Origin: a virus
Lineage: Duplodnaviria > Caudoviricetes
IMG/VR virus record: IMGVR_UViG_3300017903_001739
Coordinates: 1 to 32,253 of that record
Length of the DNA stretch: 32,253 bases
Direction: 5' to 3' (one strand)
Under the pieces are notes generated by a model that was not told the DNA's origin, made no database searches, and saw only the letters and a program-made list of their open reading frames with translations. A program made the position numbers and the translations under genes. Position 1 is the stretch's first letter, and the number at the start of each line of letters is the position of its first letter. This document shows, in pieces, positions 15,515 to 23,783 of this stretch.

Positions 15515-15888
15515 CCGCGACCGCCTTTGATAAAGTCAGTGGCTTTGATTCCGAAGCTGGCAGTTACAGCAATATACAGCAAGTTTTGATACCAATCCGG
15601 CAAAGATTCGAGAACTTTGAAGCCACGCTGCACAATATCTGCATCAATGAAAGCAAGAATGGCAGGGATGGTAAGAACAATAATCAGATACTCGTCTTTC
15701 CAGCTACCCTTGGTGGCATCAGCCATTGTATTTTCCCAATCAACCTCACCCGTTGCAACCTTCTGCATTACAACCGCTTCGGCTTCTGCTTTCATTACTT
15801 TGGCTTTTGCCTTGGCTTTGGTTTCTTCTGCTTTGCCTTCAACGAAGCTGCTGGCAAGACCACCAGCAATTTTAAGTAGCCCTAGCAT
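15505..15888 (-). CDS. Holin-like membrane protein (resembles 3TM gene-transfer-release holin family)
   Basis: SWKDE + TM (YLIIVLTIPAILAFI), LPDWYQ + TM (LLYIAVTASFGI), basic C-tail; adjacent to the endolysin; ATG 15888 (or GTG 15891). Confidence 0.7.
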   Translation of the reverse strand: MLGLLKIAGGLASSFVEGKAEETKAKAKAKVMKAEAEAVVMQKVATGEVDWENTMADATKGSWKDEYLIIVLTIPAILAFIDADIVQRGFKVLESLPDWYQNLLYIAVTASFGIKATDFIKGGRGKK

Positions 15889-16103
15889 CACTTATCCTTT
15901 GATCTCTCGTTTAGTAATCGGTCGATGTGGTGATTCCACAAAGAAAAAAGTTGTTCAATCTTCTTGTCTATCTGACGCAGCCGCTCTTCATGCGTGTTGT
16001 TCTGCGCCTCAAGTTTGGAAATGTTGCGCGAAACCCACCACGCTCCAACAAAGAACGCTGTGATTACAGGCCACCATTGGAGGAGTGTCTCCCCGAAGTT
16101 CAT
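15888..16103 (-). CDS. Small membrane protein with N-terminal TM helix and coiled coil (lysis-associated)
   Basis: ATG 16103 with GAGG RBS; WWPVITAFFVGAWWV then heptads. Confidence 0.7.
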   Translation of the reverse strand: MNFGETLLQWWPVITAFFVGAWWVSRNISKLEAQNNTHEERLRQIDKKIEQLFSLWNHHIDRLLNERSKDK

Positions 16104-16105
16104 GA

Positions 16106-16267
16106 CTACCTCTTCAGCCAACTCTTCACAGTCTCAGTTTCAAAGATACGGATGAGCCACCAAGCCAAAGCGGCGACAGCCGTGGCCTCTGGTATCCACG
16201 AAAAGAAGGCACCGAGGGTGGTAGCCCCCGCCACGCCATCTATTGCTGCTTTTGCTTCTTCGGTCAT
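16106..16267 (-). CDS. 53-aa hydrophobic holin-like protein (MTEEAKAAIDGVAGATTLGAFFSWIPEATAVAALAWWLIRIFETETVKSWLKR), not in ORF track
   Basis: Translated by hand; TAATG coupling; two hydrophobic segments. Confidence 0.75.
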   Translation of the reverse strand: MTEEAKAAIDGVAGATTLGAFFSWIPEATAVAALAWWLIRIFETETVKSWLKR

Positions 16268-16449
16268 TAGTCCGCATCCTCAATGGTTAGTGTTCCAGCT
16301 TCTGCTTGGCGCATGATTTCGTCGTAGTGGCGGTTGCCAGAGGACATAGGCACACTGTACCGCTTGCCATCTATTGTAGCGGTAATCGCTGAGTTTTGCC
16401 CGTCATCGTTGAGCGTGTACTTAGCGAATGTAATATTCATTTCGTCCAT
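16267..16449 (-). CDS. Small tail-fibre-associated protein (SVPM...NRHY.EI...G.LTIEDAD)
   Basis: Motif I recall as typical of small genes following tail fibres in marine phages. Confidence 0.7.
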   Translation of the reverse strand: MDEMNITFAKYTLNDDGQNSAITATIDGKRYSVPMSSGNRHYDEIMRQAEAGTLTIEDAD

Positions 16450-16452
16450 AAT

Positions 16453-17592
16453 TTATATCTCCGCATCCAACGCAAGGTGAGACGAGCTACCAAAAAGCTG
16501 AACATAGCCTGCCCTGCCACCACAGTTATTGTCTGTTATGTCGGTATTATTTCTTATCACAACAAAGTTTTTACTGTTTGCATCGCTATCAAGCAGAAAA
16601 AAATCATCGACTGTGTCGGTTGTTGCTGCTGGGCCACCAATAACAAAACGATAATCATCCGTAACTGTTGGGTTTTCGAGGCTGGGGTTTGCCCTCATAG
16701 ATACAGGCATTGTAATAAATGCCCTGTAATCCGTGTCTGTGTGAGCGTAACAAGACCCAATAAACTGCGTGGTGTCTACCGCCCCATCTGCCACCATATA
16801 ATAGTAACGTTGACACAACCGCAACTCTTCACCAAAGCTGCGATGCTCAAACTCAGTGGCGGTGCTGCCGACCTCGAGTTGAACGCCTGTAAACTGTATG
16901 TAGTTATTTGTTGATGAACCAAAATCTCCGCCAGCAAGTGATATTCCAGCAGCCCTGTTTCCAGCAACATAAGAAGCCCAAGATGTTGCCAGAGTTCCTG
17001 ATGTATAATTACTGCCCATACTAAAGTAAAAAGCTATATCGAGGCTTGCGTTCGTATCGTCATCTAGTGCGCCTGTTGTATCTCCATCAAACGTAACAGT
17101 TTTGTATTCCCAAGTGTCTGCTACAGTTATTTCAACCAAGGCGCATATGTGCCTAAATGCAGAATCACGGTCCAATAGCTCTACAACAATATTTCCCGTT
17201 GTGTTTGACTTAACCCAAAAAGAAGCCGTAAGGGGTAGTGCGTTTGCCGTTCCTTTTTGAATGTGCTGAAGGTCTTGGCCTTCCCACTTGTGACGAAACG
17301 CTCTCAAGGTTGTTGCTGTTGTCGTGTATGTGTCGTTTGTTTTGATTTTGAAGCTATTTGCAAAGCCCGTTCCAGATGGAACATCAGACTCAATACTATA
17401 GTCAACTACTGCCGAGCTTGTCCCCGCATTAGGATTGTCCCACCTATCTGTTATGAAAACAGCGTTTTCTGATGTGCTTTTTGTTGTTGCGCCTCCAAGT
17501 CTTTGTGCCACCTCCATAGCACCATTGATAATCAGGTTCTTCCGACCCGTAGGCTGGCTAGGCTTTTGTGCTAGTTGTCTTGCTTTTGACAT
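16453..17592 (-). CDS. Second tail fibre / receptor-binding protein with carbohydrate-binding-like domain
   Basis: RKNLIING.M.VAQR, DRW, T.SFWVKS, FTGVQLEVGSTATEFEHRS..EEL.LCQRYY, C-terminal LDAEI. Confidence 0.8.
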   Translation of the reverse strand: MSKARQLAQKPSQPTGRKNLIINGAMEVAQRLGGATTKSTSENAVFITDRWDNPNAGTSSAVVDYSIESDVPSGTGFANSFKIKTNDTYTTTATTLRAFRHKWEGQDLQHIQKGTANALPLTASFWVKSNTTGNIVVELLDRDSAFRHICALVEITVADTWEYKTVTFDGDTTGALDDDTNASLDIAFYFSMGSNYTSGTLATSWASYVAGNRAAGISLAGGDFGSSTNNYIQFTGVQLEVGSTATEFEHRSFGEELRLCQRYYYMVADGAVDTTQFIGSCYAHTDTDYRAFITMPVSMRANPSLENPTVTDDYRFVIGGPAATTDTVDDFFLLDSDANSKNFVVIRNNTDITDNNCGGRAGYVQLFGSSSHLALDAEI

Positions 17593-20522
17593 TAGTTTGC
17601 CTCCAGTGCTGCGATGCGTGTTTCAAAGTCGGCAATCGTGGTCGCTTGCGTTGCGTTCTCTGTTTCAAGCGTGGCAACTTTAGTTTCCAGTGTTTCAATC
17701 TTGGTCATTGCCTCTTGCAGAGCCTTCACAGCCTTCATGTAGAGGATGGAATACTTGACGCTCTTTTCTGTTTCTGTGTCGCTATACGTTCCGTCGTCGA
17801 GTTGCTTTGCACTCTCTTTAACCAGACCACCCATCCCAGACGCTTCAAGTTCTTGGGCGATTACACCAAGATATGTCGGCGCATTTGCATCGTCAGCAAC
17901 TTCCTTGATGAGGCGATAGTTTTTAACTTGAACGGCCTTTATGTCGTCCCACTGCGACCCACTAGCAGCAATGTCTTGCTTTAGATTTTGGTCTGAAATT
18001 CCGAGATAGGAGTTATTTGTATTGCGAACATCACCATCCGCCTCAATACGAAACTTGTCCGTAACCCCTGTGCTTTCACGCCCAACCATAATGAACGCCG
18101 AGTCAGAAGCAACAGCCAAACGAACCGAAGATGCTGCCCCCATACCCATACCGATTTCACCGCTGCCGCCCGCTATTCTCATACGTTCTGTGCCAGCCGT
18201 AGTAAAACCTATGGTATCGGCGGAGGGTCTAAAAAAACCAGTGTTGTAGTCATAGCCAACAGGAATTGAAGGAGAAGTTGCCGAACCGTCAGCGTCAGCA
18301 GAGCCTGGCAATAACCTGCCAAAGTACCTAATATCTCCGTCAACGTGGAGGGTGCTTTGTGGCGAAGTCGTGCCAATACCAACATTCCCGCTGCTGTCGA
18401 TGCGCATGCGTTCTGTGTTGTTTGTTCTCCAAGTATGGCTACCCGATGCTCCACCAGTATAAACATAAGCAGCATGAGAGTTTGCTCTATCATAAAGAAG
18501 GAATTGGTTTGCGGCAGAACCAGACATACCTACGGACATTGAGCCACTTGTGTTTATAAACCTAATATAACCATTATTAGTGGCTGTGGATTGAACACGC
18601 AATTCTGGTGAAGAACCATATACGTGCAAATCAGTGCTAGGTGAACTCGTGCCAATGCCGACATTCCCGCTGCTGTCGATGCGCATTGCCTCATTGTTTG
18701 AAATTTCAAACACCCAATCGCCATCAGAACTATCAAGGACACTATCACCGCCTTCTGTTCTTATTTGGCGTGAAGAAGGAATAAGCTGTATTAAGTTTGA
18801 CTCGTCTGCAACTTCTAATGGAAAACTAGGCGAACTCGTACCAATGCCAACCCGATTATTCGTGGCATAGACCACCAGCGTATCTGTATCGACGGTCAGG
18901 TCGCCGTTAATAGTAATATCGTTTTGGAATGTGCCGCCATTCGTAGCTGACACCATATCGGCGGTCGTAAATGATTTGAACGCGATTACATTTAGCTCAT
19001 CGTCCACAACAGCAGCGTCAGTCAAGACTACGCTAGTGCCATCTGTAGCTGTGTAGTCCGTGCCGTTTTCCATCACGACACCATTCAGGGTCACGATGAT
19101 GTTGTCTACAGTGTAGGACAGGCTGTTTGAACTATCGTCATTGCCGGAGAATGTAGTTTGCCCGGCAGTCGCCGTGTAGTTGTATTCAAGCAAAGACACG
19201 CTGCCAGCCGAGCTTGCTGCGATCCAGTTTGCTCCGTCATAGACGCGCATCTCGTTAGCTGTGCTGTTGAAGTACAGCGCCCCCTCGACCAACGCATTAT
19301 TGTCGTTGTCGAGAGTTGGGTCAGCCGTTTTCACGCCGAGATAACGGTCATCGAAGCTATCATAGGCAGTTGCAGCCGAAGCAGCCGAGGCCGCAGCAGC
19401 AACCTGAGAAGCAGCAGCAGCAGTAGCACTGTCAGAGGCTTCTGTGGCCTTTGTGGTGGCGGTACTAGCGGACGTTGCAGCATTGGTTTCTGATGTTGCG
19501 GCATTGGTTTCTGATGTTTGTGCCGCATCTCGCGCAGCTTCGGCCGCAGTTTGTGCGGTCTCCGCATTTGTTTCGGCTGTCTCTGCTGCCGTTTGCGCCG
19601 CCTCTGCATTTGTCTCAGCAGTTTCCGCATTTGTCTCTGCTGTTTCAGCCGCAGCCTGTGCGGCTTCTGCTGCGGTTTGTGCTGTTTCTGCGTTTGTTTC
19701 GGCGGTCTCAGCCGCAGTCTGAGCGGTTTCAGCGGCGGTCTGTGCTGTTTGCGCGTCAGTAGCAGACGACGCCGCTTCTGCTGCCTTTGTGGTAGCCGTT
19801 GTTGCATTGGTAGCAGCGTTCTGAATGGCACTCAGGTTGTCTGTGACATTCTGCATATTGGTTGTCTGACCAGCAACAGTAGTCACATTATCAGACACAC
19901 CCGCAACAGTACTTACATTAGATGCGATAGCCGCAACATCAGAGATTGCATCGGTTGCATTTGTTCCATCTTCAATGTCTGCAAGTGTGGCAATATCCGC
20001 AGTCACAGCAGAAATAGTGGTTACATCAGCCACCAGAGGCCCAGCAATAGGCTTGCCAGGATTTGTGTCGCTAGATGCCTCAAAAGCAAGAACACGCCCC
20101 TGACGGTCTGTAACGCTCGGCAATTCAGCAGTGGTGCTTGTATCGGAGTCAGAAAGAGTAATACCACGGCTTGCAAGATCCTGCTGGTCAGCAATCATAG
20201 CAATAATCTTGTCAAGCTCGGTGTTCAGGGAGTTTACCTGGAACGGGCCAGAGGGTGGAAAGTCTGTAGTTCTTTCAAGCTCCACATCACGAGTAATAAC
20301 AATCGTATCACCAACAGTAGCACCCGTGGTCAAGGTAGCGGTGCCAGTAGAGCCATCACCACCAGAAAGCGTGTAGTCTGTAGTTATGGTCTTGAGCGTG
20401 TCGTTAATGTACAGGTTAATATCGACATCATCAAAAAACTCAAACGGAATTGTAAATACCGTCTGCCCTGCGGTGGCGGTATATGCAATACGAGGGTTAT
20501 TGTCTGCGATATTAATAGCCAT
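17592..20522 (-). CDS. Tail fibre protein (T7 gp17-like N-terminus, Ala/Thr heptad shaft, MRIDSSGNVGIGT repeats, C-terminal peptidase S74 chaperone)
   Basis: YTATAGQTVFTIPFEF...LNTELD; SDQNLKQDI...GVIAQELE...VKY...AVKALQE coiled coil. Confidence 0.92.
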   Translation of the reverse strand: MAINIADNNPRIAYTATAGQTVFTIPFEFFDDVDINLYINDTLKTITTDYTLSGGDGSTGTATLTTGATVGDTIVITRDVELERTTDFPPSGPFQVNSLNTELDKIIAMIADQQDLASRGITLSDSDTSTTAELPSVTDRQGRVLAFEASSDTNPGKPIAGPLVADVTTISAVTADIATLADIEDGTNATDAISDVAAIASNVSTVAGVSDNVTTVAGQTTNMQNVTDNLSAIQNAATNATTATTKAAEAASSATDAQTAQTAAETAQTAAETAETNAETAQTAAEAAQAAAETAETNAETAETNAEAAQTAAETAETNAETAQTAAEAARDAAQTSETNAATSETNAATSASTATTKATEASDSATAAAASQVAAAASAASAATAYDSFDDRYLGVKTADPTLDNDNNALVEGALYFNSTANEMRVYDGANWIAASSAGSVSLLEYNYTATAGQTTFSGNDDSSNSLSYTVDNIIVTLNGVVMENGTDYTATDGTSVVLTDAAVVDDELNVIAFKSFTTADMVSATNGGTFQNDITINGDLTVDTDTLVVYATNNRVGIGTSSPSFPLEVADESNLIQLIPSSRQIRTEGGDSVLDSSDGDWVFEISNNEAMRIDSSGNVGIGTSSPSTDLHVYGSSPELRVQSTATNNGYIRFINTSGSMSVGMSGSAANQFLLYDRANSHAAYVYTGGASGSHTWRTNNTERMRIDSSGNVGIGTTSPQSTLHVDGDIRYFGRLLPGSADADGSATSPSIPVGYDYNTGFFRPSADTIGFTTAGTERMRIAGGSGEIGMGMGAASSVRLAVASDSAFIMVGRESTGVTDKFRIEADGDVRNTNNSYLGISDQNLKQDIAASGSQWDDIKAVQVKNYRLIKEVADDANAPTYLGVIAQELEASGMGGLVKESAKQLDDGTYSDTETEKSVKYSILYMKAVKALQEAMTKIETLETKVATLETENATQATTIADFETRIAALEAN
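18364..18686. repeat. 44-nt direct repeat (18364-18407 / 18643-18686, 3 mismatches, 26-nt identical core) in the tail fibre gene
   Basis: ACATTCCCGCTGCTGTCGATGCGCAT at 18382 and 18661; partial third copy near 18826-18851. Confidence 0.9.
19460..19780 (-). repeat. Degenerate 21-nt tandem repeats encoding AETAETN/AETAQTA/AATSETN heptads (boundaries approximate)
   Basis: Visible in protein and DNA. Confidence 0.85.
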
Positions 20523-20543
20523 TTGCGAATCCTAGCACAGTTT

Positions 20544-23500
20544 TTACTTCAACCAAAGTTCCTTAGAGTCTTCGTTGAGACCAAGAAGGGCCAGCAAGGG
20601 AAGGCTCGGAGTGTTGTAAAAGAATCTTGACTTGCCCTTGTCAACATCACCAGAAAGCATCTCATCAACAGCCAAAACCCACTCACGAGCCATACCTGGG
20701 CCAGCACCCAAGGGGTCAAAAAGAGAATCATACCCAGTCGGGGTGTACTTCCCTGGCAAGTTCTTGAGACCTGGAACATCGTTAGCAATAGCAGCGTGAA
20801 GGCCCATATAAGCAAGATCAGAGTAAATGCCAAAGATACCGGACTGATCTGCAATCCTAGCAGCTAACTCCCCAGAAGATTTAGTCTCAAACCACCAGTC
20901 AGGCTTCTTAATTGATAGTGACAAGTAAGCCATCGTAAACAAAGCAATCGCACCCTGAACACGATAACGACGCGATGGGTCAAACATCTGTGCTGTAATT
21001 CTGTTGGTAGCTGCAAGCGAGAAGTTCATAAACTGGAACGGCAATGCAAGTGCTTTAGACTCAAGACGAGCATATTTAATGTTTTCGGTAGAAGCGCGTT
21101 TGTCTATGGTCAACTTACCAAAAGGTAGCTTTTCCATCCAAGGGTAATGCCGGACATAAACAACCCCATCAACAATCATTGGTTTGTCAAAAGATGTGGC
21201 GTGCATAATGGTGTTGCCAGCGCCAGAGTTCATGGCTGTGTCAAACTTTAATGCAAGATCACGCTGCGCTTTTGTCTCCACAGGCCATGCGCTGCGGTTA
21301 GCAAAGTAAAAGTTTCCACTATCAGACACTTCCCAAATATCGCTCATTGCAGCAATACGCTTTGCGTCTTCAATCTCTATGCCGTAACGAGCAAGATACT
21401 CAACATCAAGCCCAGCATTGCGATCATTCTTGGCAACACGAACAGCCATATCAATCAACTCTGATTGCCTGTATGTGCCATCAACAATCTTGCCGTATCT
21501 TGTCATTGCACCGAGATTGTTTCCAATCAGGGGGATGTTGTAAAAAGCAGAGGTAACTGGATTAAATACACGCTCAATAAAATTAGGGTTAAACCCCTCA
21601 AGAGAGTCACCAATAACCCGTTGCTGAACCCCAGGAATTACATATTGGGTACCCTCTACAATGCGCTCGACATCCTTCTTAGCCTTTGAAAACAACTCTC
21701 CAACATTGCCAGTTTGATCTACAAGCGGGGCAAGAATCTTTCCCAAGCCCCTCTCGAAAACAATCATCCCAGTGTCAGCTACAGCACTAATACCAGCACC
21801 GTGCAGGTAAGTAAGGCCAGATGCTTCCTTCAAGGCTTGTGCTGCCTGATTGGTAAAGCTATCTGGGTTGCGAATAACCTGCCCCATAACGCGAACATAC
21901 TCGCTAGAAAGATCGCGTTTTACTTGGGCAATCTTTTTTTCAGAAAGGCCAACCCTTTCCATTTCCTCAACAGCTTCATCAAGAACGTCATCAATATTCT
22001 TGTTTCCGAAGTTCCGGCTCCACTCAATACGGCGACCCATTCTCTGTGCATAGCTAAAGAAAACGCGCTCGTCTTTGATGATAAAGTCTTTGATTTCGCT
22101 AATAGGTATGTTGAGAGCACGATGCCGCAAGTGCTTGCTGCCAGTCATCTTGAACTCAGAGCCGCTAAGATCTGGCTCTTCTTCACCCAAGATGCTTCCA
22201 ACGATCTTTTCCGCACGCTCACGAGCATTAAAGTTTGCTGGCTTTCTTAACCACTCACCAAGTTCGTTATCCCAGTAGTGAGTTTCTTTTGCAATATTAC
22301 GCTCAACAACATCAGTAAACTGACCCTTCAAAGCCTCATCAGCAGCAAGACGAGCTTTGTCGTAGTAAATCGGCATAATGTAATCACTGCGAGACCCAGC
22401 GTAATACTTCTTGAAACCTTCGTAATACTTTATGCTTGCCTCTAGCTCTTCAGCTTTTGTTGCTAACCGTTGAGCCTCAGAAGATCGACGAGCAGGATCA
22501 GTCACATTGGAAAGGTCAAGCTCCTGCTGGCGAGTTCGAACAACGTCAAGCTGATCACGAGCACCAACAAGAAACTTGTCAATGTTAGTTACATCCTGCA
22601 ACAGCCCAACATCTTGAGCGTCTTGCAGAAACTCATTGTTAAAATCACGGATCCTTTTAAAAACACGCTCTTCTGCCTCGGTAATCTTTGCAGAAGCACG
22701 GGCAGCAGGATCGCTCATTTGGATATACCTATCAACCGTATCGCCAAACCACTTACCAAAATTACCTTTGAAGCCAAAGACACGAGCCGGATCTTCATAG
22801 TCAATGCCAGCAACACCAACCAAAGACTTCCTGCCCTTTACTTCAAGATTGTACTCAGCACGAAGATCTGCAATGAAGTTACGGGCTTTCATAGTGTAGA
22901 TAGGATTGCGCTGCCTAATAGACTGAACACCCTTACCCGCAAGGTTCTTTTCCAGAGCCATAGCCCCGTTGCCTTCCATGCGGACATACATATCCTTAAT
23001 AAGCTCGGGAAGCTCCTTGTCAGTCAAAAGCCTTTTGCCTGGAGTCGGAATAAGTCTAAACCACCAACTATCTGTAGCTCCCGTTTCCTTGAGGCCAGAT
23101 CCCCCAGGAACCTCCGTAAACAAATCCACATCCTGCTTCTCTGAAATGGATCTCAGGTTTTTAGCAGATCGAGTATAGCTACCCGCAACACTTCGTATAG
23201 CACTAGGGGCCGTTCCTAGAACTGTACCAAAAGCGGTGGTGGTAAGCAGATTCATTGTTGTTTCGCCCGTGGTATTCACAGGATCAAACGGAGCGCGAAC
23301 AACCTCAGCAGCAGCAGCAGCACTCGCAGATGCAAGTGCGGCACTGGTAGCAGCCTGACCAACCTTTGCTGTCAAACCAATCTGACCAAACACCGGAATA
23401 GCAAAAGCAATGTTCAGGGGATCAACAATTCCAGCAACAAGAGCGCCAGAAAAAAAATCAGCCTCTTCCATAACCTTGCGTCGCCGCAGGTTTTCATCAA

Positions 23501-23783
23501 TAGAGTTCTTGATAAAGTCTAGATGATCAGCGTTCTTAGCCCGTACTATGTCGTCCTCATAGCCTTCGTACCCTTGAGCAAAATCAAAGGGATCAAAGTC
23601 TGGATCTCTAGCAACGCCACCAAATGTAACTTCTTCTTGGGCGCGAGAAATAATTGGTGCATACTGATACCCGTAAGCAGCCTTGAACGAGTCAGCAAAA
23701 GATGGCTCGTCCTCAATAATAAACTGATCTGTTGGATTAGGCTTAAGAAACAGGTCAGACATCTTAGAAACTGCCTCGCTCAA
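20544..23783 (-). CDS. Large internal virion (ejection) protein, T7 gp16-like position
   Basis: 1079 aa; third core gene, directly before the tail fibre; A/G-rich hydrophobic N-terminal helices; FQFMNFSLAA motif. Confidence 0.7.
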   Translation of the reverse strand: MSEAVSKMSDLFLKPNPTDQFIIEDEPSFADSFKAAYGYQYAPIISRAQEEVTFGGVARDPDFDPFDFAQGYEGYEDDIVRAKNADHLDFIKNSIDENLRRRKVMEEADFFSGALVAGIVDPLNIAFAIPVFGQIGLTAKVGQAATSAALASASAAAAAEVVRAPFDPVNTTGETTMNLLTTTAFGTVLGTAPSAIRSVAGSYTRSAKNLRSISEKQDVDLFTEVPGGSGLKETGATDSWWFRLIPTPGKRLLTDKELPELIKDMYVRMEGNGAMALEKNLAGKGVQSIRQRNPIYTMKARNFIADLRAEYNLEVKGRKSLVGVAGIDYEDPARVFGFKGNFGKWFGDTVDRYIQMSDPAARASAKITEAEERVFKRIRDFNNEFLQDAQDVGLLQDVTNIDKFLVGARDQLDVVRTRQQELDLSNVTDPARRSSEAQRLATKAEELEASIKYYEGFKKYYAGSRSDYIMPIYYDKARLAADEALKGQFTDVVERNIAKETHYWDNELGEWLRKPANFNARERAEKIVGSILGEEEPDLSGSEFKMTGSKHLRHRALNIPISEIKDFIIKDERVFFSYAQRMGRRIEWSRNFGNKNIDDVLDEAVEEMERVGLSEKKIAQVKRDLSSEYVRVMGQVIRNPDSFTNQAAQALKEASGLTYLHGAGISAVADTGMIVFERGLGKILAPLVDQTGNVGELFSKAKKDVERIVEGTQYVIPGVQQRVIGDSLEGFNPNFIERVFNPVTSAFYNIPLIGNNLGAMTRYGKIVDGTYRQSELIDMAVRVAKNDRNAGLDVEYLARYGIEIEDAKRIAAMSDIWEVSDSGNFYFANRSAWPVETKAQRDLALKFDTAMNSGAGNTIMHATSFDKPMIVDGVVYVRHYPWMEKLPFGKLTIDKRASTENIKYARLESKALALPFQFMNFSLAATNRITAQMFDPSRRYRVQGAIALFTMAYLSLSIKKPDWWFETKSSGELAARIADQSGIFGIYSDLAYMGLHAAIANDVPGLKNLPGKYTPTGYDSLFDPLGAGPGMAREWVLAVDEMLSGDVDKGKSRFFYNTPSLPLLALLGLNEDSKELWLK

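Noticed and set aside
15886-15891. GTG-ATG as a lambda-S-type holin/antiholin dual start
   Set aside because: The products would differ by one Met with no added charged residue; the GTG is simply part of the upstream AAG-TGA stop overlap.
19331-20630. Long alternative-frame ORFs (370 aa Cys-rich on plus, 166 aa on minus)
   Set aside because: By-products of the GCN/ACN-rich repeat region of the tail fibre.
20544-23783. 1079-aa protein as an N4-like virion RNA polymerase
   Set aside because: No convincing polymerase motifs seen; position and features fit an ejection protein. Only a structure search could reopen this.
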